In this document: positions 33,124 through 42,602 of the stretch, in pieces
How the letters are laid out: every line of letters begins with the position of its first letter
How positions within the stretch are numbered: the stretch's first letter is position 1
Assembly (NCBI GenBank): GCA_030462125.1
Contig: JAKDZT010000001.1
Span: 1 to 49,593 of the forward strand
DNA length: 49,593 nucleotides
Direction: 5' to 3'
DNA from: Tetragenococcus sp.
GTDB taxonomy: Bacteria > Bacillota > Bacilli > Lactobacillales > Enterococcaceae
The notes under the pieces: model-generated
Seen by the model: only the letters and a program-made list of their open reading frames with translations
The model's database searches: none
Told to the model about the DNA's origin: nothing
Program-made: the position numbers and the translations under genes

Positions 33124-34233
33124 ATGAAAAAAATAGCCGTTATTGGCGGTGGAATCATTGGGATTACACTAGCAAATTATTTAGATACAGCAAAATATGA
33201 TATCACTTTATTTGATGACGGAAATAACCAAGCAACAAAAGCAAGTGCAGGAATCATTTCCCCATGGTTATCTAAGCGTAGAAATAAACGCTGGTATCGG
33301 TTAGCTAAAGACGGAGCCGCCTTCTTGCAAAAATTAGTTATTGATATGAACCTTTCGAATGACATTTACGCAAAAAACGGGACCATTATTTTGCGTAAAG
33401 AGGCCCTCGAGTCATTAGCCACTTTAGCTGAACAACGTAAAAAAGACGCACCAGAAATTGGTGAAATAAAACAGCTGTCTGCTCAGGAAACAGCCGATAA
33501 ACTACCTTTATTAACTCCGCAAGAATCTTTATATATATCCGGGGGCGCTCGTTTAGATGGGCTAGGCTACCTTGAACATATGAAAAAGCTAGCAGTACAA
33601 AAGCAGATCAATTTTATTAGTGAAAAGGCTACGCTAAAAAAAGAAGATAGTTACTGGCAGATCAGCACACCCAAGCAGCAAATTTCAGCAGATTACGTTA
33701 TACTAACTGCTGGACCTAGCTGCAAAACATTATTAGAACCGCTTGGTTACGAAGTGGACCTACGCCCTCAAAAAGGACAACTTGTCGTCTTTAAAACAAC
33801 TCAAACACAAAGCAAGCAATGGCCTGTTGCCATGCTGGATAATGAAGCGGATCTAATTCCTGCTAACAATGGACAAATTATTGTTGGTTCTACTCATGAA
33901 GATGAAGCACAATGGGACATACAGCCTACAAATGCAGCATTTGAACAATTAACGGCGAATAGTAAAGACTTCTTGCAGTCTTCAGAAAAGCTTTTAAAAA
34001 ACTCTTTTGAATATCGTGTGGGCACTCGTGCTTATACTTCCGATTTTGCTCCATTCTTTGGCTCTCTAGTTGATGATCCGTCACTTTTAGTCGCTAGCGG
34101 TTTAGGGTCTTCGGGGTTAACGACCGGTCCTTATATTGGTTATTTACTAGCGAACTATTTTAATGAAGGAAACTGGCCAGCAGAAGACTATCAAAAACCA
34201 TTGAGTAACTATATTCAAAAAATATCCTCTTAA
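33124..34233 (+). CDS. FAD-dependent oxidoreductase (DAO/glycine-oxidase-like)
   Basis: IAVIGGGIIG, ATKASAGII, PQKGQ, GLGSSGLTTGP; GGAGG RBS. Confidence 0.88.
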   Translation: MKKIAVIGGGIIGITLANYLDTAKYDITLFDDGNNQATKASAGIISPWLSKRRNKRWYRLAKDGAAFLQKLVIDMNLSNDIYAKNGTIILRKEALESLATLAEQRKKDAPEIGEIKQLSAQETADKLPLLTPQESLYISGGARLDGLGYLEHMKKLAVQKQINFISEKATLKKEDSYWQISTPKQQISADYVILTAGPSCKTLLEPLGYEVDLRPQKGQLVVFKTTQTQSKQWPVAMLDNEADLIPANNGQIIVGSTHEDEAQWDIQPTNAAFEQLTANSKDFLQSSEKLLKNSFEYRVGTRAYTSDFAPFFGSLVDDPSLLVASGLGSSGLTTGPYIGYLLANYFNEGNWPAEDYQKPLSNYIQKISS

Positions 34234-34280
34234 AAAGCCGTCGGAACACCTCATAAAATGACATGTTCCGACGGCTTAAA

Positions 34281-34661
34281 TTAATTCTTTGCTTTGCGCC
34301 AAAAAGTTGGATAATTTTGTTTTTCATCAAGGTTAAATTGGATGATCTCATAAAGCAGCTGATAATGAATTGCCTCTTCCCATTTAATGTGGAAAGTACT
34401 TTTCCCTTGTTCATAACCACAAGCTGCGATTTTATCGGAAAATTCCTTAATACCTGCGACTTCTGGTGAAACGGTAATATGCGTTTTTGTTTTATTAAAA
34501 GAAATGATAAATGTCCCATTATAGGTATACATCGGTTCATTCCACTTAAAAACCAATTGCAATTGTGGAAATTTTGCCTGAATCGTATCCATAAGTTCAG
34601 AAAATTTTTCTTTATGTTCATCTTTTTCAATACTAGCAATATAATCTTGTAATGTCGTCAT
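34281..34661 (-). CDS. DUF1801 / YdhG-like iron chaperone family protein
   Basis: FKWNEPMY, HITVSPE, size 126 aa. Confidence 0.8.
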   Translation of the reverse strand: MTTLQDYIASIEKDEHKEKFSELMDTIQAKFPQLQLVFKWNEPMYTYNGTFIISFNKTKTHITVSPEVAGIKEFSDKIAACGYEQGKSTFHIKWEEAIHYQLLYEIIQFNLDEKQNYPTFWRKAKN

Positions 34662-34759
34662 CCATTGTCTTCCTTTTTCCCTTATTATGATTAATTACTG
34701 AAAAAGTATATAAAGAAAGCTCGTAAAGTCAGTTTTTCTTACTTCACGAGGATCCTTTT

Positions 34760-35596
34760 TTAAAATAACGGTACAACTGCGCCTTGATATTCTTCATCCA
34801 TATAGTCTTTTACTTGATCACTTTGCATTGCTTCAATTAAAGCTTCAATTGCCGGGTCGTCTTCATCCCCGTTTCGGACAGCTACAATATTAGCATAAGT
34901 ATCCGCAGCTTCAGAGCCTTCTTCTTCAATTTCTAAGGCGTCATCTTGCACATCAAACCCGCCTTCTACCGCGTAGTTACCGTTAATGACAGCTAAGTCA
35001 ACATCTTCAACCGTACGAGCAATTTGTGAAGCCTCTAATTCTGTTATTTCTAGATCTTTTGGATTTTCTTCTATGTCTTGGGTAGTCGCTGTCACGCCAC
35101 TATCATCACTCAATTCGATTAAGCCAGCTTCTTCAAGCAATAGTAATGCCCGAGCACCATTCGTCGCGTCATTAGGAATTGCAATTTCTGCCCCATCTTC
35201 TAGATCGTCAATCGATTCTGTTTGCCCTGGATATAGGCCTAGTGGTTCAAAATGAATCTGAGCTGCTGGAACTAAGTCTGTATCATTTTCGTCATTAAAA
35301 TTATCTAGATAAGGTTCATGTTGAAAGTAATTTGCATCAAGATCGCCATCAGCTAACGCTTGATCGGGCAACACATAATCATCAAAAACCTCCACTTCTA
35401 AATCGTACCCTTCATCAGCCAATTCATCTTCTGCTTGGTTTAAAATCTCAGCATGAGGGGTAGAACTAGCACCTACTGTTATTGTTTCATTGTCGTCTGA
35501 ACCATCACCAGAGCTACCCCCAGCACAAGCCCCTAGTCCAAAAACTGTAAAACCTAATACACCAGCATACAATGTTTTTTTCAAACTCTTCTTCAT
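34760..35596 (-). CDS. metQ: MetQ/NlpA methionine ABC transporter substrate-binding lipoprotein
   Basis: Lipobox LGAC, VGASSTPHAEIL, DANYFQH.PYL, IPNDATNGARAL; upstream Met T-box. Confidence 0.92.
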   Translation of the reverse strand: MKKSLKKTLYAGVLGFTVFGLGACAGGSSGDGSDDNETITVGASSTPHAEILNQAEDELADEGYDLEVEVFDDYVLPDQALADGDLDANYFQHEPYLDNFNDENDTDLVPAAQIHFEPLGLYPGQTESIDDLEDGAEIAIPNDATNGARALLLLEEAGLIELSDDSGVTATTQDIEENPKDLEITELEASQIARTVEDVDLAVINGNYAVEGGFDVQDDALEIEEEGSEAADTYANIVAVRNGDEDDPAIEALIEAMQSDQVKDYMDEEYQGAVVPLF

Positions 35597-35649
35597 CTTC
35601 AATCTCCTCCTAAAATATTTTCATTCGAACGAAAGGCGCTATTTTTTCT

Positions 35650-35925
35650 ATAAAAAAAGCCCTCCTACCAGTAAAACTGATAAAAGGGCGAAAACTTCGC
35701 GGTACCACCTTAGCTTAGAAGTTTACACTTCTCTTAGCCCATCTCAAATAAACGAAATGGCATCCAAGTTAACGATTGGACCTTTCGAAACCATCTACCT
35801 ATCGACGGTTTATCCTCAGAGACCATCTTCACCTCAAGCTTCATAATCTTTTTCACCAACCAAGATCTCTCTAAATAGAAGTTCGAAACTACTCTTCTCA
35901 TCAACGGAATTCTCATGTACTTTGT
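35650..35925 (-). promoter_or_regulatory. T-box riboswitch, Met (AUG) specifier
   Basis: T-box AAGGTGGTACCGCG (35698-35711), stem I AGAGA and GGTGAA motifs, specifier GAAG-ATG-G (35824-35826), terminator GCCCTTTT...GAGGGCTTTTTTT. Confidence 0.92.
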
Positions 35926-35933
35926 TGTATTGT

Positions 35934-35962
35934 AATTTACACTAGAAAAAGTGAGTTGTCAA
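35934..35962 (-). promoter_or_regulatory. SigA promoter of T-box/metQ
   Basis: TTGACA-17-TAAATT. Confidence 0.75.
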
Positions 35963-35968
35963 GCACCT

Positions 35969-36943
35969 TTACTCTCTAATCAATGCTTGGGTCGTACATC
36001 TAAAAGACCCACCAAACATTCTAGAAACACGATAATCAAGCGTTTCTACTTTCATGCCTTTTGCTTTAATTTTTTCAATTAAATCAGTAAAGGCTGAATC
36101 GGTAATATATACTTGCTCGTTAACCGGCAATCCATTAGCTATTAAGTGAGCAGCTTCATTCAGTGATACATTGATTTTTTCCCAATCTCTTAACTCTTCA
36201 GGTATACCGTCCAAGAAAGCTTCTTCACAAACAATCATTAACCCTTCTCTAAGCATACTAAGGGCGCAATCCAAATGTAAGATCGATGGATGTAAACGAA
36301 CGGGAACCACTTTATAGCCAAACTGCTCCATAAGTTTTTTTAACCAATGAATACCATTTAAATTACTGGCCAACCCAGAATGACCAACAAAAACCGTTTT
36401 TCCTAAAACAACAACATCGCCACCTTCAATAAAAGGCCCGACTTCGCTTTTTTCTCCTTCTGCTAAATCAGGTTGTGGGGCTGCAAAATAATACCCTTTA
36501 TGGTTGTTTGTCCATTCATTTAAAACAGGACGAATAGGCAATATTTCTCTGCGTCGATGCATAAAACGTAAATTTCCTTCAATAATAAAAGAACCAATTG
36601 TAAAAAAAGGATCTCGAGAAAAGAAATTGCTATAGCCCACTCCCTGGCTTTTTCCATGTTCTTTTTCAGGTTGTGTAAGCAAACGTGGTCTGAAAACCTC
36701 AACACCATAAGAATCAAGAAGAGACTGCATTTCTATTTTTTCTTGTTCCCAATTATCTTGTAATTTTTTATCAGCTTCAGCTACATCTTTTCCACCACTA
36801 TTTTTTACAAACTCTTCATTTTCTTTCGTCAAAAAAGAGGTATCCATGCTATTTTCAGTATCGTTTGGAAAACAAAACTCTGACTGCGCTAAAACAACTG
36901 ATTTTAATGGTGCAAATTCGCTTACAACGTTTGTTTTTCTCAT
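35969..36943 (-). CDS. Amidinotransferase / DDAH / arginine-deiminase superfamily protein
   Basis: SEFAPLK, FSRDP, EGGDV, HLDC, C-terminal GGSFRC nucleophile; AGGAGG RBS. Confidence 0.88.
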   Translation of the reverse strand: MRKTNVVSEFAPLKSVVLAQSEFCFPNDTENSMDTSFLTKENEEFVKNSGGKDVAEADKKLQDNWEQEKIEMQSLLDSYGVEVFRPRLLTQPEKEHGKSQGVGYSNFFSRDPFFTIGSFIIEGNLRFMHRRREILPIRPVLNEWTNNHKGYYFAAPQPDLAEGEKSEVGPFIEGGDVVVLGKTVFVGHSGLASNLNGIHWLKKLMEQFGYKVVPVRLHPSILHLDCALSMLREGLMIVCEEAFLDGIPEELRDWEKINVSLNEAAHLIANGLPVNEQVYITDSAFTDLIEKIKAKGMKVETLDYRVSRMFGGSFRCTTQALIRE

Positions 36944-37112
36944 CAAATTTCCTCCTGACTTCAATATTCAATTATCTATTATAACGAGTATTTATGAGAA
37001 TGTCGAAAATAGAATAACTCAAATATTTTATTAGTAGAGAATAAAACAGATTCTGTACAATTAAAACAATATTTTCAAGTAGTTTTTTTCTACTGTAAAT
37101 TAGCACTTTCCT

Positions 37113-38066
37113 CTATGGTTTCAGTAAAACTTTTCCTATATTCTTACCTTCTTCTAAATAATCATGTGCTTTTTTTCCGTCCGCAAGTGAAAAAATTGTC
37201 GGTTCACTAATGGCAATTTTTTCATTTAAAAAATAGGAAAATAAACGTTGGCTTCTTTGTTGTCTCTCTTCAAAGTTTATTAGATAATCCCATAGATCAC
37301 CGGTTAGAATACTTTTTGAGTGTGCTAGCAGATCAATCAAGTCAACTTGTGGCGGAGTACCTCCAGCCATACCGAAAAAGATTACTTTTCCACGATTTTT
37401 CAAGAAAGAAATGTTTTGGTTTAATGTTTTCCCTACACCATCGTATACGACATCAAATTTTCCAGCTAGCTTATCGCTCCAACCTTTTTCTCGACTGGGA
37501 AAAACTTCTTTTACTCCAAAAGATAATGCCAATTTTTTCTTAGCTTTTGTTGAAGCAGAACCGTAGACAGAAATACCTTCTGAAATAAGCATTTGAGCTA
37601 AAATTTGTCCTACACCACCGCTTATGCCAGTAATAAAGACTTGGTCTCCTTCATTGGGTTTACTAAGATCATGCGCTAAAAAATCTGCTGTCAGGCCTTG
37701 AAGCCCAACGGATACAGCCAATTGAGAAGATATTCCTTGAGGTAAATAGATAATGTTGTCTCTGGGCACCGCAACGTACTCAGCATTGGCAAAGGGAACA
37801 TCCACAAAAAGAACTTCCCCACCAATTTTAGATTGACTAACTTCAATACCTGCTTCGACAATTTTTCCCGCGCCCTCATACCCGTTGATGTAGGGCTCGT
37901 TGTCTTCAATGTGATATTCGCCTTTTCTGCGATAAATATCAGCAAAATTCAAACCAATATATTCTGTCTTTACCAAAACTTCGTCAGCTTTCAATACAGG
38001 CTTGGGTAATTCTCCATATTCTAAGACAGTGCTGTTTCCAAAATTTTTAAAATAAAGTGCCTTCAT
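37113..38066 (-). CDS. Quinone oxidoreductase (MDR, zeta-crystallin-like)
   Basis: GLNFAD, GYEGAG, GISGGVG, YDGVG, GKVLL. Confidence 0.88.
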   Translation of the reverse strand: MKALYFKNFGNSTVLEYGELPKPVLKADEVLVKTEYIGLNFADIYRRKGEYHIEDNEPYINGYEGAGKIVEAGIEVSQSKIGGEVLFVDVPFANAEYVAVPRDNIIYLPQGISSQLAVSVGLQGLTADFLAHDLSKPNEGDQVFITGISGGVGQILAQMLISEGISVYGSASTKAKKKLALSFGVKEVFPSREKGWSDKLAGKFDVVYDGVGKTLNQNISFLKNRGKVIFFGMAGGTPPQVDLIDLLAHSKSILTGDLWDYLINFEERQQRSQRLFSYFLNEKIAISEPTIFSLADGKKAHDYLEEGKNIGKVLLKP

Positions 38067-38345
38067 TATTACACTTCCTTGTATATTATTCCTTCGTTTG
38101 CTAATGAAGAGTAAAGTTCAATGCAAATAAAGGTCCTATTTATTCAATATACAGAAATACTAACACATCAGTAAGAAACTTTTTAACTAACTCGAAAAAT
38201 TAAGAAAAAAGCCTAACTCGCACTAGCAAAGTTACAAGTTAGGCTTTAAGTAAAATGAATTAAAAACTAAATTCCACATAATGGCCATTTTCAAAAGAAA
38301 AAAGCTGTCCCCTCATTTAACAAGGTCCCAGCTTAACATCTAAGT

Positions 38346-38657
38346 TTATTCTTCTTCATCAGACATGAATGTATTAAATACTTCTTCAATCATGTCCCAT
38401 TCTTTATCCGTTTCGATTTGTTCTAAATTACCTTCTGTGCCTTCTTCGTTTTCAATATAAGCGTAGGCTTGCAATTCGACTTCCTCGTCTTCATCAGCAC
38501 CAGCTGGATATAATAGAACATAATTGCGGCCAAATTCTTCTTGGCCATCAATAGTAAGTAGAATTTCGTACAAGCTTTCATTTCCTTGCTCGTCAACTAA
38601 AGTAATATGTTCGTGTTCTTCGTGATCATGGTCGTGATCGTGTGTATGTTCTGACAT
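38346..38657 (-). CDS. DUF1292 (YrzB/UPF0473) protein
   Basis: [27 protein letters not shown]; follows ruvX. Confidence 0.9.
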   Translation of the reverse strand: MSEHTHDHDHDHEEHEHITLVDEQGNESLYEILLTIDGQEEFGRNYVLLYPAGADEDEEVELQAYAYIENEEGTEGNLEQIETDKEWDMIEEVFNTFMSDEEE

Positions 38658-38687
38658 TTATTCATTCTCCTCTTTTAAAATGTAGAG

Positions 38688-39110
38688 TTAATTTGCTACA
38701 GTGTCTAAGTAATTTTGTAAAATCACGACTGCTGCTAATTTATCAATAACTTTTTTTCTTTTTTTCCTAGAAGTATCCGCTTGTTCGACTAACATTCGTT
38801 CAGCTTGCACCGTCGTTAACCGTTCATCTTGGTAAATTACCGGAAGTTGATAGTTTTCTTCCAATTTTTTCCCATAATCGATTGATGCTTCTGCTCTAAA
38901 TCCGATAGAATTGTTCATATTTTTGGGTAGGCCCACTACAAACTGTTCCACCTCATATTGCTCAATCAATTCTTCTAATCTAACAAAACCAAACTCCCCT
39001 GCTTCTTCATCAATAGGAATAATTTCGACGCCTTGTGCAGTCCAACCCAACGGATCACTTACTGCTACACCAACTGTTTTTGAACCAACATCCAAACCCA
39101 TCGTGCGCAT
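38688..39110 (-). CDS. ruvX: YqgF/RuvX pre-16S rRNA nuclease / Holliday junction resolvase-like
   Basis: [28 protein letters not shown]. Confidence 0.95.
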   Translation of the reverse strand: MRTMGLDVGSKTVGVAVSDPLGWTAQGVEIIPIDEEAGEFGFVRLEELIEQYEVEQFVVGLPKNMNNSIGFRAEASIDYGKKLEENYQLPVIYQDERLTTVQAERMLVEQADTSRKKRKKVIDKLAAVVILQNYLDTVAN

Positions 39111-39376
39111 TACAAGTTGACCCCATGGTTTTCTAAATAAAATCGTATCAAAACTTCTAATACTTCATCTCGTTCATGGCGACGAATTAAATTACGCGCA
39201 TCGCGATAACGCGGAATGTACGCCGGATCGCCTGACAACAAATACCCTACGATTTGATTAATCGGATTGTACCCTTTTTCTTCAAGCGCACGGTATACGA
39301 TCGCAAGGGTTTCGCTAACTTCTTTTTTGCGGCTGTCGTCAAAATCAAAACGTACCGTTTCGTCTTTATGACCCAT
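39110..39376 (-). CDS. ireB: IreB/ReoM regulatory phosphoprotein (UPF0297)
   Basis: [24 protein letters not shown]. Confidence 0.95.
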   Translation of the reverse strand: MGHKDETVRFDFDDSRKKEVSETLAIVYRALEEKGYNPINQIVGYLLSGDPAYIPRYRDARNLIRRHERDEVLEVLIRFYLENHGVNL

Positions 39377-39423
39377 TCACTTGACACCTCTTTCTCCTAT
39401 ATTGTTCACTCATTCTTTTTTAC

Positions 39424-39452
39424 ATTGTACTAAACAAATCGGGAAACTACAA
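39424..39452 (-). promoter_or_regulatory. SigA promoter of ireB-ruvX-DUF1292
   Basis: TTGTAG-17-TACAAT. Confidence 0.55.
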
Positions 39453-39607
39453 ATATATCCGTTCATTTTATGAAAAGTATACCGGGGATTTGTGACTATT
39501 TTGTGAATTCAACATACTTTTTAAAGAATTTCTTTCTGGGTGAAAAAAGTCCTGATTTTTTCCTTACTTACAACCAGTGTAACAAAAGAAAAGATCAAGA
39601 CTTCTAT

Positions 39608-40264
39608 TTATTCGTCTCCAGATGATAAATTTAAGCGTTCATTACTATTTAAAAAATAAATTAAGGTCTGTAATTCGTTCGTTAAATCAACATTTTGAAT
39701 TAAAACATCATTCGGTGCCGAGATACGTGCTGGTGTAAAGTTTAGAATTCCCTTAATGCCGGCTTCAACTAATTGATTCACCACATCTTGTGCATTAGAT
39801 GCTGGCACGGTCAAAATAGCAATTTCAATTCGTTGAATTTCTATTTGTTCAACCATATCAGACATCGGGTACACGGGGATGCCATCAACAATTCGTCCGA
39901 CAATATCTGAATTAACATCAAAGGCAGCACTTACTCGAATGCTGTTACTTTGATGAAACTTATATTTTAATAAAGCACTACCTAAGTTTCCCACACCAAC
40001 TAAGGCCACATTGGTCATTTCATCATCGCTTAATGTTTTCGCGAAAAACTGCATTAAGCTTTCCACGTCATAACCATAGCCCCGTTTTCCTAATTCACCA
40101 AAATAAGAGAAATCTCGGCGAATCGTGGCGCTATCCACTTGCACTGCCTCACTTAATTCGGTTGAGGAAACCTTTGCTTTTCCGGCATCATTTAAAATTC
40201 GCAAATAGCGATAATATAAAGGAAGCCGTTTAGCAGTTGCTTTAGGTATATTATTTTCTTTCAC
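39608..40264 (-). CDS. rex: Redox-sensing transcriptional repressor Rex
   Basis: [37 protein letters not shown]. Confidence 0.97.
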   Translation of the reverse strand: MKENNIPKATAKRLPLYYRYLRILNDAGKAKVSSTELSEAVQVDSATIRRDFSYFGELGKRGYGYDVESLMQFFAKTLSDDEMTNVALVGVGNLGSALLKYKFHQSNSIRVSAAFDVNSDIVGRIVDGIPVYPMSDMVEQIEIQRIEIAILTVPASNAQDVVNQLVEAGIKGILNFTPARISAPNDVLIQNVDLTNELQTLIYFLNSNERLNLSSGDE

Positions 40265-40475
40265 TTTCTAGCCCTCCATTGTGAACAATTCACTTATAAC
40301 ACGTAGTATCATAACAGATAAAAACAAAAAAAGGCAATTTGATTGCTCACAATACTGCAAAATTTTACTAAAAGCCCTTCAACTGCATTTTGCTTCATCT
40401 TTCTAATGCAAACAAATTGTGATAAACTAACGTTTACGGATACATATAATCAAGGAAAATTAAAGCGAGGATATT

Positions 40476-42416
40476 ATGATTTTATTACAAGCAAGTCAAA
40501 TTGCACGACAATTTGGTGCAGATACTTTATTTGAAAATATTCAATTAGAAATCAGTAGTCAAGCCCGTATTGGTTTAGTAGGTCGTAATGGTGCAGGTAA
40601 GTCTACTTTATTAAAGATCATCGCTGGTATTGAATCCCCTGATAAAGGAACGATTAGCAAAAATAAAAGCATATCGTTAGGCTATTTGGCTCAAGATACA
40701 GGTTTAGACTCTGAAAAAACCGTATGGCAAGAAATGCTCGAAGCTTTTTCTGAAGTACGGCAAATGGAAAAACGGATGCATGAGCTAGAAGAGCAAATTA
40801 GTCAAATCTCACCTGAAGATAAAGACTATGAAACAATACTTACACAATATGATCGTTTACAACAAGATTTTGCTGAAAAAAACGGTTATGGCTATGAGAA
40901 TGAGATACGCTCAGTCTTGCATGGGTTTCAATTTGACGAGTCTTTTTATGATAAGCCCACCCAAACCCTTTCCGGTGGTCAAAAAACACGTCTAGCTTTA
41001 GCCAAAATGCTTTTACAAAGTCCTGATATTTTAATCCTAGATGAACCAACGAACCATTTAGATATTGAAACACTCAGTTGGCTAGAAGGTTATTTACAAA
41101 ATTATCGTGGCGCTTTATTGATTGTTTCCCATGACCGATATTTCTTAGATAAAGTGGTCACCGAAATTTATGAAATCAGTCGTAGTAAAATGCAACATTA
41201 TAAAGGCAATTACAGCCGCTACTTAGAGTTAAAAAGTCAACAGTTAGCTAGTGAGTGGAAAGCTTATGAAAAACAACAAGCAGAAATCAGCAAGTTAGAA
41301 GACTTTGTCGCTAAAAATATCGTTCGTGCTTCTACTACGAAACGCGCCCAAAGCCGCAGAAAACAATTAGAAAAAATGGAGCGCATCGAACGTCCTCAGG
41401 GACAAGAAAAATCGCCTAATTTCCTATTTCGTGTGGCAAAAGCTTCGGGAAACATTGTATTTCAATTAGAAGATGGTGCCATCGGTTACGACGATACGGT
41501 TGTATCTGAGCCTATTAACTTAGATGTCAAATATCAGGACGCGATTGCCCTAGTAGGTCCTAACGGCATTGGCAAATCTACTTTGTTAAAATCCATGATC
41601 GGAGAAATTCCTTTCATTAAAGGAGAAAAACATTACGGTACCAATGTGACTATCGGCTATTACGACCAAGGACAAGAAGATTTAAATCAAAATAAAACCA
41701 TCTTGGAGGAACTATGGGACGAACATCCCACAACACCCGAAGTTGATATCCGTAGAACATTAGGTAGTTTCTTGTTTTCAGGAGACGACGTGGATAAACC
41801 CATTGCCTTGTTAAGTGGTGGCGAAAAAGCACGCGTAGCTTTGGCCAAATTAGCCATGGAACAAAAAAACTTTTTAGTCTTGGACGAACCTACCAACCAC
41901 TTAGACATTGATAATAAAGAAGTGTTAGAAAATGCTTTAATCGATTATGAAGGCACCCTCTTTTTCGTTTCTCATGACCGTTACTTTATTAACCGGACAG
42001 CAACCAAGGTCATCGAACTTTCTCCAGAAGGGTCTCGTCTTTATTTAGGCGATTATGATTACTATTTGGAAAAGAAACAAGAAGAAGCGCAATTGGCAGC
42101 CTATGAAAAAGCTGATACTCCCCAAGAAAAAACAGTATCAGCTGGCAAAAAAAGTTTTGAACAAACGAAAGAACAGCAAAAACAACTTCGAAAACTTCAG
42201 CGAAAAGTCACCCAAATTGAAGAAGAACTGACTACCGTTGAGGAAAAAATAAGCCAAACCGAAAAGGAAATGACCGCACCAGAAAATTTAGATGACCCCA
42301 TAAAATTAAATGAGTTAGATCAGACCTTACAAGCAAGTAAAAAGCAACAAGAGGATCTTACAGAGCAATGGGAAAATTTGAGCCTACAGCTAGAAGATCT
42401 AGAAGCTAATTCTTAA
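40476..42416 (+). CDS. ABC-F family ATPase (YdiF-like)
   Basis: Two ABC domains (GRNGAGKS, GPNGIGKS, two LDEPTNHLD), no TM segments, C-terminal coiled coil. Confidence 0.93.
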   Translation: MILLQASQIARQFGADTLFENIQLEISSQARIGLVGRNGAGKSTLLKIIAGIESPDKGTISKNKSISLGYLAQDTGLDSEKTVWQEMLEAFSEVRQMEKRMHELEEQISQISPEDKDYETILTQYDRLQQDFAEKNGYGYENEIRSVLHGFQFDESFYDKPTQTLSGGQKTRLALAKMLLQSPDILILDEPTNHLDIETLSWLEGYLQNYRGALLIVSHDRYFLDKVVTEIYEISRSKMQHYKGNYSRYLELKSQQLASEWKAYEKQQAEISKLEDFVAKNIVRASTTKRAQSRRKQLEKMERIERPQGQEKSPNFLFRVAKASGNIVFQLEDGAIGYDDTVVSEPINLDVKYQDAIALVGPNGIGKSTLLKSMIGEIPFIKGEKHYGTNVTIGYYDQGQEDLNQNKTILEELWDEHPTTPEVDIRRTLGSFLFSGDDVDKPIALLSGGEKARVALAKLAMEQKNFLVLDEPTNHLDIDNKEVLENALIDYEGTLFFVSHDRYFINRTATKVIELSPEGSRLYLGDYDYYLEKKQEEAQLAAYEKADTPQEKTVSAGKKSFEQTKEQQKQLRKLQRKVTQIEEELTTVEEKISQTEKEMTAPENLDDPIKLNELDQTLQASKKQQEDLTEQWENLSLQLEDLEANS

Positions 42417-42432
42417 AAATTTAAATAACCTT

Positions 42433-42478
42433 AAAAAATAAGCTTTACCAACAGCAGAGAGTTGGCAGAGCTTATTTT
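42433..42478 (+). terminator. Terminator after ABC-F gene
   Basis: AAAATAAGCTTTACCAAC...GTTGGCAGAGCTTATTTT. Confidence 0.75.
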
Positions 42479-42602
42479 ATTTTTATAACGAGCGGAATTT
42501 TATAACAACAATAAAGTTCTTTTTTAGATTAACGTTTAAAATTTTTTTATGAAACGATAATTTTCTGTATAATTGAACTAATTAAATAATTGGAGTGGTT
42601 TT

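Noticed and set aside
35490-35916. Short ORFs upstream of metQ
   Set aside because: They overlap the T-box leader RNA.
38073-38096. dif-like sequence ACTTCCTTGTATATTAT
   Set aside because: Wrong spacing, no XerD arm, and explained as the RBS region of the oxidoreductase.
39490-39520. Rex boxes (two TTGTGA half-sites) upstream of ireB
   Set aside because: No TCACAA partner at the 6-bp spacing.
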